This document shows, piece after piece, positions 1 to 12,289 of a stretch of 64,000 nt of DNA; the first letter of the stretch is position 1, and each line of letters opens with the position of its first letter. The stretch is from contig NC_043001.1 in assembly GCF_006345805.1 (NCBI RefSeq), positions 81,964,001 through 82,028,000 on the forward strand, read 5' to 3'. The translations under genes were made by a program, and so were the position numbers. Under the pieces are notes generated by a model that searched no databases, was not told the origin of the DNA, and was given only the letters and a program-made list of their open reading frames with translations. This DNA comes from Octopus sinensis (taxonomy: Eukaryota).

Positions 1-21
1 GCATGTATGTATGTTTGTATG

Positions 22-53
<32 letters not shown>

Positions 54-529
54 TGTATGTATGTATGTATGTATCTATCTATCTATCTATCTATCCACAT
101 ATATATGAGAGCCCTTTAAGAGGTATTTATATACTTGACATAATGTGTATGTGTGTGTGTGTGTGTGTGAGTGAATGAAATACAAGACTACATATACACA
201 CGCACATTACACGCACACACACGCATACAAAAAGGGAGAGATCATGTGAGAGTGAGTGGGATATGGACGTGGACAAAGAGATGTAAGAAAAAGAAATCGA
301 AAGACGATTATATATATATATACACACATCTATCTATCTATATATATATATATGAAGACACACACATACATATATATACATATGTATGCATATATATGTA
401 TATAGATATACATAAATACATCCATATATATGTCAATACACACGCACACGTGCGCACATAGAAACTGAGAAAATAGACACACGAGAAGAGAGAGATAAAA
501 GAAAGGAGGGAGAGGTTATACATATACCC

Positions 530-563
<34 letters not shown>

Positions 564-1270
564 CGGGGGAAAGAAAGAGAGAGCGAGAGAGAGAGAGAGA
601 AAGAAAGGAAGAGAGAAAGATGAAAGTGAGAGATGAAGTTGGTGAAATAAAAAAAAACGAGAGATTAGAGTGATGATGAAGTTTAATCCGGCACGTGTCT
701 GGCTTAGGGCTATAATCTGCAGTGGAGTGTCTATTGAATACTGTGCTATTAATGAAGGAGATGAATGAACAAAGAAAAAGGAGGGAAGATAAAGAAATAT
801 ATAGAAAATCCTACTTCCGCCCAGATTAGCTGTGACTTCCGCTGTAATTTACTCAACTGGTTTCTCCCCGCCATTTTTTAAAATACTTGCACACCTGTAG
901 ATACACACATACACATTCTCTCTTTCTCTCTCTCCCTCTCTCTCTTTCTCTCTCTATCACAAATGTTTTATAACTTTGTGTTACGAACGAGCTGAAAAGT
1001 GCTCAATACAAGCTGTGGAGTTTATTTATTTGGAAATGACGGACTATTCAATTAGTAGCTCTACTCAGAGTCTCTCGCTGCGTTTGATCAAAGAGATGAA
1101 TCTTATGTGTGTATAAACACGTGCATACATGCATATATACATACGTACATTTATAGATACATACACACACACACACACACACACACGCATATACTTACAT
1201 ACATGCTTATATACGTACATAATACATACATGCATACATGCATACATACATACATACATACATACATACA

Positions 1271-1302
<32 letters not shown>

Positions 1303-1328
1303 CACATACGTACATAGGTAGAGTGTGA

Positions 1329-1662
1329 AGGCGCATGGCTCAGTGGTTAGAGCGTCGACCTTACGATCGTGAGGTTGTGAGTTCGAATCTCGGACCGGGC
1401 TGCGTGTTGTGTTCTTGAGCAAGACACATTATTTCACGTTGCTCCAGATCACTCAGCTGTAGAAATGAGTTGCGATGTCACAGGTGCCAAGCTGTCTCGG
1501 CTCCTTTGTCTTTCCCTTGGATAACACTGGTGGCGTAGAGAGGGGAGGTCGGTATGCATGGGCGACTGCTGGCCTTCCATAAAACAACCTTGCCCGGACT
1601 TGTGATGGGAGGGTAACTTTCTAGGTGCAATCCCCATGGTCATTCATGACCGAAGGGGGCCT
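1329..1662 (+). mobile_element. tRNA-derived SINE, family A (tail type 1)
   Basis: Head with A box TGGCTCAGTGG and B box GTTCGAATC, then core GTGTTCTTGAGCAAGACAC; homologous full copy on the minus strand at 18438-18770. Confidence 0.9.
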
Positions 1663-1697
<35 letters not shown>

Positions 1698-2049
1698 CAT
1701 AGATACATGCTCCTGAGTTTCTAAACTCAATAGATGCACACACTTGCTGAGTGCATCCACATTGCAATCAACATACACATCGCATATTTAAAAACACCGG
1801 GAACTCTCTCAACTCAAAAAATCTGGTTACTTTGTTAGCAACGGCTTGAATTTTTTCAGGAAGAACTTAACCCATTAGCGCCCGTGGTCCTTTTTTAGGA
1901 CCAGAAGGATAATCTACCATATTTTTGCAACACCCGTATTTTTCTGAGATATCTTTAGTTAGTCATCAAGACCGGAGTGTCTTTCAAACATTGCAATAAA
2001 AATGTTTGTATATCCAGTATCAGATAAAGTTGTATAAAAAAAGATTTTT

Positions 2050-2406
2050 ACTCTTACTCTCTTTACTCTTTTACTTGTTTCAGTCATCTGAGTGTGACCA
2101 TGCTGGAGCACCGCCTTTAGTCGAGCAAATCGACCCCAGGACTTATTCTTTGTAAGCCTAGTACTTATTCTATTGGTCTCTTTTGCTGAACCGCTACGTT
2201 ACGAGGACGCAAACACACCAGCATTGGTTGTCAAGCGATGTTGGGTGGGGGAGGAACAAACACAGACACACAGACACACACGCACACACACACACGCACA
2301 CACACACACATATATATATACATATATACGATGGGCTTCTTTCAGTTTCCGTCTACCAAATCCACTCACAAGGCTTTGGTCGGCCCGAGGCTATAGTTGA
2401 AGACAC
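2050..2406 (-). mobile_element. SINE family C (tRNA-like head, internal microsatellite), 5'-truncated
   Basis: Matches the multi-copy consensus ...GGTGCTCCAGCATGGCC...TGACTGAAACAAGTAAAAGAG seen at more than 12 loci in the window. Confidence 0.9.
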
Positions 2407-2461
2407 ATGCCCTGTTTGTTGTTTACACACCTGTCTTCGTCTTTTGTTTTTTGTAAATTCC

Positions 2462-2499
<38 letters not shown>

Positions 2500-2542
2500 G
2501 ACAGGCTTCTTCCAGTTTTCCGCCTTCAAAGTCTACTCACAA

Positions 2543-2667
2543 GGTTCCGGGTTCAGTCCCACTGCCTGGGACCTTGGGCAAGTGTCTTCTACTATGGCCT
2601 CGGGCCGACCAAAGCTTTGTGAGGAGATTTGGTAGACGGAAACTGAAAGAAGCCTGTCGTATATATG

Positions 2668-2704
<37 letters not shown>

Positions 2705-2878
2705 TTGTCCTCCCAACATCGCTTGAAAACCGATGCTGGTGTGTTTACATGCCCGAAACTTAGCGGTTCAGCAAAAGAGACCGATAGAATAAGTACTAGG
2801 CTTACAAAGAATAAGTCCTGTGGTGCTCCAGCATGGCCACAGTCAAGTGACTGAAACAAGTAAAAGAGTAAAAGAGTA
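2543..2878 (+). mobile_element. SINE family C, inverted relative to 2050-2406
   Basis: GGTTCAGTCCCACTGC...GGCAAGTGTCTTCTACTAT...internal (TA)/(TG)n...GAAACAAGTAAAAGAG. Confidence 0.9.
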
Positions 2879-3263
2879 TACCTTTCACATATATACACAT
2901 ACATACATGCAAATGTGAGAGTGCGTACGTGTGTGTGTGTTTGTATGTGTGTGTGTATCCACCTCAGTGCACGTGTAGGTTTGTAATACGTGCGTCATAT
3001 ATTTTATAATAAACTGCAATATAACCGCAATATATACAGAGTGTAATATATTTGAGACTTCTTTGTGATGTGGTTATGGTCGATATGTAATACATTGGCA
3101 ATAGTTATGAAATAGGCTCCATCGGCAGACATTGAAATTCTAGTATACCTATTTGTGGTTGTATGGTGTGTATAGTTGACCAGCTGTCTTCTTTTTTCTT
3201 CTTTTTTCTCCCCACTTTCTCCCGCTTTCGCACATACATACACTTGCATTCTCCTCCTGCGAC

Positions 3264-3335
<72 letters not shown>

Positions 3336-3879
3336 TTATAGAGATATGTAGATTGGTAAGGATTTAGATAGCTAGTAGCCTGATAACAAATATATATATA
3401 TATATATATAGAAATACGCACATACACACACATATGAAGAGAGCCAGAGATTATAGTAATATTAGTTTTATTAAATAAACCACTACGAACTTTTATGCTC
3501 TTCAATTTAAGCTAAAAACAATATCATAACATATAAAAGATGTACAAATAAATATCGGTTTTCCGCTGGGGAACACAATGGTTGATTTGATCGATGGCCG
3601 CTTGTTAAATTTATTTTATCCTCTTCTTTTTTAACCCCAGGTCAGCTTTTATTGAGGAGAACTATGATCAAAAGTTAATCAATCTGTACCATTCCCTATG
3701 TTTTTGTTTCCCAGATATAATGCATTTAGGACCACATTGTTTCATGTGTCTCTTTATTTTAAACGTTTGAGAGTGACCGAGATGATAAGTTGCAGCTATT
3801 TTAAGAAACTCGAGACTTTCCTGCAAATATCCTTTCTGATATAGGCGATGGGCCTGAAATTTTCTTGGAGGCGAGATAG

Positions 3880-4215
3880 CCGATTGCATTGATCCAGTAT
3901 TCGACTGGTACTTATGAAAATATCAAAGACGAAGTAGACCTCGGCGAAATTTGAACCCAGAACGTAAAGTCAGAAGAAATGCTGCTCAGAATTTTTCTTG
4001 AAATGCTAACGCTTCTGCCAGCTTACTGCCTTATTCTTTCAAATATAGGCACAAAGTCTCAATTGTTCTTCGATCTCAGAGTTCAGCTGGTGCTTAATTT
4101 ATCGACCCTGAAAGGATGAGAGGCAAAGTCAACCTCGGTAGAAGTTGAAATCAGAACGTAAAGACGGACGAAATGTCACTAACCATCTTGTCCGGCGAGC
4201 CAGCTTGTCGCCTTA
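3880..4215 (-). mobile_element. Diverged SINE family B copies (two partial units)
   Basis: GACCCTGAAAGGATGAGAGGCAAAGTCAACCTCGG...GAACGTAAAGACGGACGAAAT is the reverse complement of the family B core. Confidence 0.75.
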
Positions 4216-4480
4216 CCTTTACAACTAATATCATTGTTTGGCATGAGTTACTGTCGTTGTTTAAACCCTCTTTACAATGGCAACAGGGGTATATTAGGAA
4301 CTATGATACCTCTGTGTCATGGTTATTACAAGTAGGAACAAATGTTACCGGTGCAGTAGTATCGCCGAATGGTTAAGTCGTTCACTTCGCAACCACAATG
4401 TTCGAAGTTCGATACTAATATGGAACATCTGGGGCCAATGTGATTATCTATAGCCTTACTGCTATTGTCACCACGAAGTT

Positions 4481-5180
4481 CAGTCTTTGTCATGGTGTAG
4501 TGGCTTGTGTATCTCAATGATCCTGAAAGCTGTACCAGTAGAGTGAAAGCTACTGGTTGCCCTCCACCCACCCACCGCCATTGCTGGACAGATCAAAGGA
4601 TAGAGAGCCAAGACTGATAAAAACCACTTCTTCCCAAAGGTAAAAATTAGTTTACAAGGGCCAATATCCCTCCGAAGAGGAACATTCTTACTTACATAAG
4701 TACCAATGACAGTTGAAAACAAACAAGACTTGACTGAGGAAAGCCTTCCTTCGGGGTCTTCTATAGGGACGATATCAAAGGATAGAAGCTAGAATAATAT
4801 GGACCACCACTTCCCAGAAATAGAAATTGGTTTGCATTGGGCCAATAGCCCAACCTAGAATAAAAGCGAATTTGTAGAAATATCGATGATAATTCACAAC
4901 CTGTAAGACCTGAGAAAAAGAGGCATTCCTTCAGAGTTTTTCATATGGACAATCTCAAAGGTCAGAGGTCAGAATAATATAGACCACCGCTACCCAAGAA
5001 TGAAAATGGGGTTGCATAGGGCCAATAGCCTAACATAGAATAAAAGCAAATTTGTAGAAACATCGATGACAATTCACAACCTACAAAACCTGACAAAGAG
5101 ATGCTTTACAGCCTAGAATCGAGAAGAATGAAGAAACGTTGTCGATGGCCTATGCTCCGCAGGAAACGGAGGGCTTAATT
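4481..5180 (+). mobile_element. Bipartite RTE-derived non-autonomous element with an internal 3x ~180-bp tandem repeat
   Basis: 5' TTGTCATGGTGTAGTGGCTTGTGTATCTCAATGATCC resembles RTE-clade 5'UTRs; units start near 4592, 4774 and 4954; 3' end AATCGAGAAGAATG...GTCGATGGCCTATGCTCC resembles the RTE ORF end (NREEW..VVDGLCS). Confidence 0.55.
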
Positions 5181-5995
5181 GTTTTGTTGCTATGGCTGCT
5201 GTCTTTGTTGCTATGACTGCTGTTGCTGTTGCTGTTGATCCTGCTGTTGTTCTTTATCGAGTCTGATTTTATGATATTCAGATTAGTATGTTATTTAGCC
5301 CTAGCCCCTGGTCAGTTCCGATCGATCCTGCCTATGATCAGAACCATACTAATCATGACCATTCAGTCTTACTAGTCTTGTTAGTGGTGGTGGTGGTGGT
5401 GGGAGAAGAGGAGGAGGAGAGGATGAAGAGGGGAGGAGAATGAGGAGAGGAGGAAGAGGTGAAGGAGGAAGAGGGGGAGGAGGAAGAAGAAGAGGAGGGG
5501 GAGTACTAAAGGGTGGTGACAAAGCCGATTCATTCGTGTATCGAATGTCTTGCAGTAAAACACTGCGGCTCTATTTGCTCTGAGTTCAAGTCATTCCGAG
5601 ATCAACTATTCCTGCTATCTTTCAAGGTCGATAAACAAAGTACCAGTCCAGTACCGTGATCGAATTTACTCAGTTTTACTCCCTCATTCTCTTTCTCCCC
5701 TCTCTTTCCCTCTCCTTCTCCCTCTCTCGCTCTCTCTTTCTTTCTGTCTCTCTCTCTCTTTCTTTCTCTCTCTCTCTTTCTTTCTCTCTCTCTCTCTTTC
5801 TCTCTCTCTCCAAAAGAAATCGTCCGCGATCACAGGGATAGGCTATCATGAAGGCAACTCCATCAGCAGTTAAAGGCCTGCTTCCCCTTCTCTTTTTAAG
5901 ACAACAGGACGTGATTCGAGGGAGATTTGGCTGCTATTTCTAGTATATCGAACGACCTCTTAATACTCACTCTCATTATTGTTACTCTGTATAAA

Positions 5996-6212
5996 GCGGC
6001 GAGCTAGCAGAATCGTTAGCACGCCGGATGAAATGCTTAGCAGCATTTGATCCATATTTATGCTCTAAGTTCGAATGCTACCGAGGTCGACTTTGCTTTT
6101 TATCTTTTTGGAGTAGATAAATTAAGTACCAGTGAAACACTGGGGTCGATGTAATCGACTAGTCCGCCTCCCCAAAATTTCAGACCTTGTGCCTACAGCA
6201 GAAAGGATTATT
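5996..6212 (+). mobile_element. SINE family B monomer, tail type 2
   Basis: GGCGAGCTAGCAGAATCGTTAGCACGCC head; Nin/Deu-domain-like core; tail CCCAAAATTTCAGACCTTGTGCC...AGAAAGGATTATT. Confidence 0.85.
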
Positions 6213-6291
6213 ACCACGCTGTGCAATCGACAGATATCATACTTCAACTTAAAACAGTAGAGTTAAAATGGCTTGCCGTATAGCGTTAAAA

Positions 6292-7068
6292 TGGCGAGCT
6301 GGCAGAAACGTTAGCACGCCAGGCGAAATGCTTAGTGGTATTTTGTCTGCCGCTACGTTCGGAGTTCAAATTCCGCCGAGGTCAACTTTGCCTTTCATCT
6401 TTTCGGGGTTGATTAAATAAGTACCAGTTACGCACTGGGGTCGATATAATCGACTTAATCCGTTTGTCTGTCTTTGTTTGTCCCCTCTGTATGTAGCCCC
6501 TTGTGGGCAGTAAAGAAATAGGTATTTCGCCTGCCGTTACGTTCTGAGTTCCAATTCCGCCGAGGTCGACTTTGCCTTTCATCCTTTCGGGGTCGATAAA
6601 TTAAGTACCAGTGACGCTCTGGGATCGATGTAATCGATTTAATCCGTTTGTCTGTCGTTGTTTGTCCCCTCTATGTTTAGCCCCTTGTGGGTAATAAAGA
6701 AATAGGTATTTTGTCTGCCGCTACGTTCTGAGTTCAAATTCCACCGAGGTCAACTTTGCCTTTCATCGTTTCGGGGTTGATTAAATAAGTACCAGTTACG
6801 CACTGTGGCGATATAATCGACTTAATCCGTTTGTCTTTGTTTGTTCCCTCTGTGTGTAGCCCTTTGTGGGCAGTAAAGAAATAAGTAGTTTGTCTACCGT
6901 TACGTTCTGAGTTCCAATTCCTCCGAGGTCGACTTTTCCTTTCATCCTTTCGGGGTCGATAAATTAAGTACCAGTTACGCACTGGTGTCGATATAATCGA
7001 CTTAATCCCTTTGTCTGTCGTTTTTTGTCCCCTTTATGTTTAGCCCTCGTGGGCAATAAAGAAATAAG
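6292..7068 (+). mobile_element. SINE family B tetramer (4 x ~184 bp, Tx1-like tail)
   Basis: One full head, then units joined at AAAGAAATAG|GTATTT near 6521, 6706 and 6885; each unit ends TAGCCCCTTGTGGGCAATAAAGAAATA. Confidence 0.9.
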
Positions 7069-7451
7069 TGTTAAAATGGCTTGCAGTAGAATTAAAGCGG
7101 CTTGCCGTGTAGTCTGCAGTGAAACTATTAAGAAAATACAAAGCTTTTCCTCTGACTAACGTTGCTTTTTGTTGGTTGTTTTTCGTGCCAATTAGTCATG
7201 GTTGAGACGTGACGGTTCCTGCACTTATCCAAGACATGAAGCTACCGTTCAATGTGGTGGAATACTTTCATCTCGTAGTATAAAACCCTTACTCAGCCAT
7301 AAAAACACGAGCAAGAAGATATATTCAGGTTAATATAAACAAAGAAGATAAACTATTTTTGGAATCAGATTTTGTAGTACTGGACATTGGACATTGATCA
7401 GAGGTCAGTTTCCGATAAAAAAGAAGAATTGCCAAATGTTGATATATAGAC

Positions 7452-7647
7452 GAAGGCGCGACTGTGTAATTAAGAATTCGATTCGCAACCAACTGGTTTT
7501 CTGTTGAAAGTGATGTTCAGTTCCGCTGCTCGACATGTTAAGTGCATGCTTCGTTGTCCAATGCCATATGAGTAACTTTGTTAGACGGAAAATATGAGAA
7601 ACCTGTCGAATAAATATACATCTATCTGTCTGTCTATCTGTCTGTCC

Positions 7648-7699
<52 letters not shown>

Positions 7700-8225
7700 G
7701 TCTGTCTGTTTGTCTGTCTATCTATGTGTCTGTCTGTCTATTTATCTATCTAGCTAGCTACACATACACACACGCACGCACTCACACACACACGCACACA
7801 CATTCATGCACACACATAGTGCAAGAAATACAAGATTCTATGGATCGAACGGTGAGAGATTACATGGCGCATATAAATAAATATATAGGTAGAGAGAGAG
7901 ACAGACAGAGAGACTGACAGAGAGAGGGACAGAGAGAGAGAGAGAGACAGACAGACTGAGAGAGAGACAGGGAGAGGGACAGACAGACAAACAGAGAGAG
8001 AAAGAAAGAGACGGATATGTGTCAGTGTTTCTGTTTATAGCCTACCCGCAACCGCTTGACAACCGTTGTTGTTTTGTTTACGTCCTCGTAACTTAACATT
8101 CTAAGTATCAGAATAACCTTTTTCTTTTTTAAATAAGTACTGGAATTTATCTATTCCACTAAACCCTTCAAGACGATGCTCCACCATGGCCGCGGTCCAA
8201 TGAATGGAACGAAACCAAAAATAAA
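7452..8225 (+). mobile_element. Old SINE family C copy with an expanded internal microsatellite block
   Basis: Diverged head at 7452-7610 and diverged 3' half CCGCTTGACAACCG...GATGCTCCACCATGGCCGCGGTC at 8050-8225. Confidence 0.65.
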
Positions 8226-8643
8226 GACTATAGAAGCTTAAAAGATGAACAATGAAGAGACGAAGATGAAGGATGAAGAGTTAATAACAAGCAGCCATCA
8301 CGAGGAAGGATTAACAGAAACCTACAGGGAAGTGACAGATCAGTTCCCCTTCATCATTCTCAATATAAATCTTTTAGAATGGCTCTTGGTAAAGTTAATT
8401 TATCATTGACTTAATCAATCTTCGTCCTACTTGCTTTCCGCCATTACGTTGTTATGCTGTTTAGTCTATGGATTTGACTTTGGAAGGGGGAGGGAGAAAG
8501 AGGTTCTTTTTACTGGCTTTCACGTTGAGTGGGTATAGACATAATGAACTGTTATACTCTCCTCCACTTCAAACTGATGAGCACTTATCAGCCTCTCTAC
8601 TAATCGTACTGCACACCACAGTATGTGACGGTATGCATGTTTG

Positions 8644-8683
<40 letters not shown>

Positions 8684-8778
8684 CTTTCGAGTTGGAAAAG
8701 AAAACAATTGAGTGAAAACAAGAGGCAGAAAAGGCATAGCTTAGGATGAAACAGGGAAGTACGTTAGTATTATGCGGT

Positions 8779-8814
<36 letters not shown>

Positions 8815-8944
8815 TATTTCTTTATTTATCTCGTTATTTCTTTTGTGGTTGGGAGGCAAAGGCAGAAACTTAACAGAGATACTCGGAGTAAAGATTCATG
8901 GAATTTCGTATTAGAGAGATAGGATAGATAGATAGATAGATTGA

Positions 8945-8973
8945 TAGATACATACATACATATATATATATAC

Positions 8974-9043
<70 letters not shown>

Positions 9044-9280
9044 ATATATATACATTTATATATTTACATATATATATACATTTGTATATATACATTTATA
9101 TATATATATATATATGAATATATATATAAATATATACATTTATATATTACATATATATATACATTTGTATATATACATTATATATATTATATATAATATA
9201 TATATATATATATACATATATAATATACATATATTATATATATATATATATTATATATATATATATATTATATATATATG

Positions 9281-9312
<32 letters not shown>

Positions 9313-9342
9313 TTACATATATATATACATTTGTATATATAC

Positions 9343-9419
<77 letters not shown>

Positions 9420-9459
9420 TATATATACATATATATATATATACTATATATATATACAT

Positions 9460-9518
<59 letters not shown>
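8945..9518. repeat. Long imperfect (TA)n microsatellite
   Basis: Direct reading. Confidence 0.95.
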
Positions 9519-9519
<1 letters not shown>

Positions 9520-9520
<1 letters not shown>

Positions 9521-10353
9521 TAACAGTATTGCCCGGCTCGTGCGCTCGTGCGTTCTATGCACGAGCGAATTAAGCTAAACTTGGATGAAGTTCAATCAAA
9601 AGTCAATTATTTTGGTTCTAAAATCAAGCATTTAATGCCCTCTATTTTTGCTCTTATGTGTTCCATTTCCTCAATAGGAAGTACGTAGAAGGGTTTCATA
9701 AATTTTTGTTGATCAAATAATTGCATTGTTGAATTATTCTTTTAGATCAGTATTTCTCAACGGGGATTTCAGGGAGTCGCTGGCGATGTATCGTGATGAT
9801 CAAAAATCCGGCCTGCTAAAATTTGGTTAAAGTGATTCAAACTGCAGACTCAACGCAAAATGGTCACATTTAATTCAAAACGTTTAAAATGTTACGAAAA
9901 CAATTGGTATGTGTTCACAAAGTCCAAACGATTAATACGAAAAAACCCTCCAGGCTACATCCCGAAAATTAATTTCTTTGCCGAATTTCTACAATGTTTA
10001 CGGCGATTGGTTTTTATATCTTGATTTTTTATTTTTCATGCAATTTACGTATGCTTGCACGCGTGGTGAACACAGTTCACGTCAAACAGCTGATTGAGTA
10101 AAGTTCACTATTCAATGCATGGGATAAGGCCTAAACAAACACATTATCGATTTTTGCACTTGCGAGATGAATTTCAGAACAGAAATAGCGCAGTTCAATT
10201 TTCATTCGCCTAAACTTTAAGTGACCCATTTTTGGTGGTTCTACGATTTGTTGGCTAGGAGGAGATGTGCCGGGAAGTTAAACACACAGACACACACACA
10301 GATACACACACAAATACACACACACAGATTCACACACAGACACACAAGTTGAG

Positions 10354-10358
<5 letters not shown>
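9520..10358 (-). mobile_element. Non-autonomous Helitron-like element
   Basis: Left end ACTAACAGTATTGCCCGGC resembles the ends at 18966 and 42478, with a GC hairpin GCTCGTGC..GCACGAGC; right end is a (CA)/CAGA tract then TTATATATA. Confidence 0.55.
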
Positions 10359-10389
<31 letters not shown>

Positions 10390-11234
10390 GTATATATATA
10401 TACAAATATATACACATATTTATGTATGCATATATGTATGTGTGTATATATCAGCGTGTGTATGTGTGTGTGCAGTCAACATTTTACATTTTTATGATCT
10501 AACTGTTTAGTCAGCTGAAAAATGTCTACGCAGTCAAATGACCTCTGGTACAGTTACCAGTCAACCTTGTTCAAGCGAACGAATAATCAAAATGAAAACA
10601 AACAAACACTTTTTGTTTCAGACGTAGCAATTGAACAGCAGATGACATGAGGGAGATTTGACTGTTATCTCTTTGCAAATCAAGCACTGGTGAATTCTCC
10701 ATAAGAAGACCAATCTTCTACGCCTTCTTTATTTGAAGAAATACAACATACACAGTATTACGAAGAATATCATGTTTACTCAAATAGCAAGCTTTTATTC
10801 GTATGTGATATCGATTTTTATAACTTGAAATCGATCGAAAAACGATAATAAATTGATTTACATGTCAAAAAGATAAAGTACTTTACACAGTCCACAGGTC
10901 AATTTAGGCCAAACCTGGAGATTTATTATCTAAAGTATATCGTATGTTATAGATCAAATATTATCACTTATTTCTATTGTTTCTTGACTCAGGGATCGGT
11001 TCAATTATGTATTAGATATCGTCAGAAGATATCAAGATATCAAATCCAAACAACTTCGGCTAAACCGTTTCATATAAGCAAGATACGTTCTACGTGGTTG
11101 TTACAGTTGTTACGAATTACATAACATAGTATTTTGCTTAATTAGAGATGGCCTGCAGCTAAACAAGAAAATAAAACAGACAGAACCGTAAGGAATTGCA
11201 CGGGGAAAGAGAGAGAGAGAGAGGAGAGAGAGAA

Positions 11235-11265
<31 letters not shown>

Positions 11266-11284
11266 GGGAGAGAGAGAGAGAGAA

Positions 11285-11343
<59 letters not shown>

Positions 11344-11387
11344 TTAGTGTCAGTCGTTAATCTCCTATTGAATACATTATTGCATTA

Positions 11388-11520
11388 TTTACATTTGACG
11401 GATATTTGTCCTCATCTTGTTTATTAACACAACTTTTCGGCTGATGTAGCCTCCAGCTTTCATCAGGTGTCTTGGGAAAATTTCGAACCTGGGTTCTCAT
11501 TCCTAAGATATTTTTCCATG
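11388..11520 (-). mobile_element. Penelope-like remnant with a degenerate minimal hammerhead
   Basis: Minus strand GACAC-CTGATGA-AAGCTG..CAGCC-GAAA-AG-TT-GTGTT at 11426-11471. Confidence 0.6.
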
Positions 11521-11521
11521 C

Positions 11522-11579
<58 letters not shown>

Positions 11580-12164
11580 GAGTGAGAGAGCAGTGCATGC
11601 CATCAAAGTGACACTGGGGTCAAAATATACAAAGCCCAGTATACCCATCATGACTACCCGTCTTATAAGGGTACACTAGGCACATGCATCACAACCATAT
11701 GTGCGCGATATGGTGATCTCATATCAAGATAAACAGCACATGACCTTGCAGGTGGAGCCCAGTTAGAATTTCTTCAGATCGAGTAACCCATCCCGCTCAA
11801 AAGGTCCCTGAATAAGGGTTGTTTAAGGACGTTGAACGAAACACCCATGTTTCCAGAGGTAAATTATTCAAACCCCAAAGAATCCTTCTCAACACATGGC
11901 TATGATGCTCCCCCACTACTTCTGCTCGTGATCAGAGATGCACATATCGTCAGCCACTAAGGGACATGCTCAACTGGTTAAGGTCAAACAACTGACAAGC
12001 AAATCTGTGGTATTGAGCAGAATATTTGCTGTAGCCCATCTTTTATACCAAGACAAAACAATGTACATGATAACACCTCCAATCAGTTAAGATCAGAAGC
12101 CATGAGAGCCACTGCCTGGTACTGCATCAGGGCATTTAGCCACTGCCTGGTACTGCATCAGGGC

Positions 12165-12168
<4 letters not shown>
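11580..12168 (-). mobile_element. Family D ~590-bp non-coding retroposon in (AAT)n
   Basis: Three homologous copies (also 30872-31319 and 43546-44078), each flanked on both sides by (ATT)n; this copy has a ~30-bp duplication at its right end. Confidence 0.85.
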
Positions 12169-12208
<40 letters not shown>

Positions 12209-12209
<1 letters not shown>

Positions 12210-12285
12210 AGCATATAGCGTAGTGGTTAAGAGCGCGGGCTACTAACCCCAAGATTCCGAGTTCGATTCCAGGCAGTGACTTGAA
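12209..12285 (+). pseudogene. tRNA-like fragment or very short tRNA-SINE
   Basis: TAGCGTAGTGGTTAAGAGCG A box, GTTCGATTCC B box, no paired acceptor stem, followed by TGAATAATAAT. Confidence 0.55.
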
Positions 12286-12289
12286 TAAT

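Noticed and set aside
1329-1402. Functional tRNA genes at SINE heads
   Set aside because: A/B boxes are present but the cloverleaves are broken and the heads continue into SINE bodies
6292-7068. Regularly spaced repeats suggesting a CRISPR array
   Set aside because: Whole ~184-bp units repeat with no unique spacers, no cas genes are present, and the context is eukaryotic
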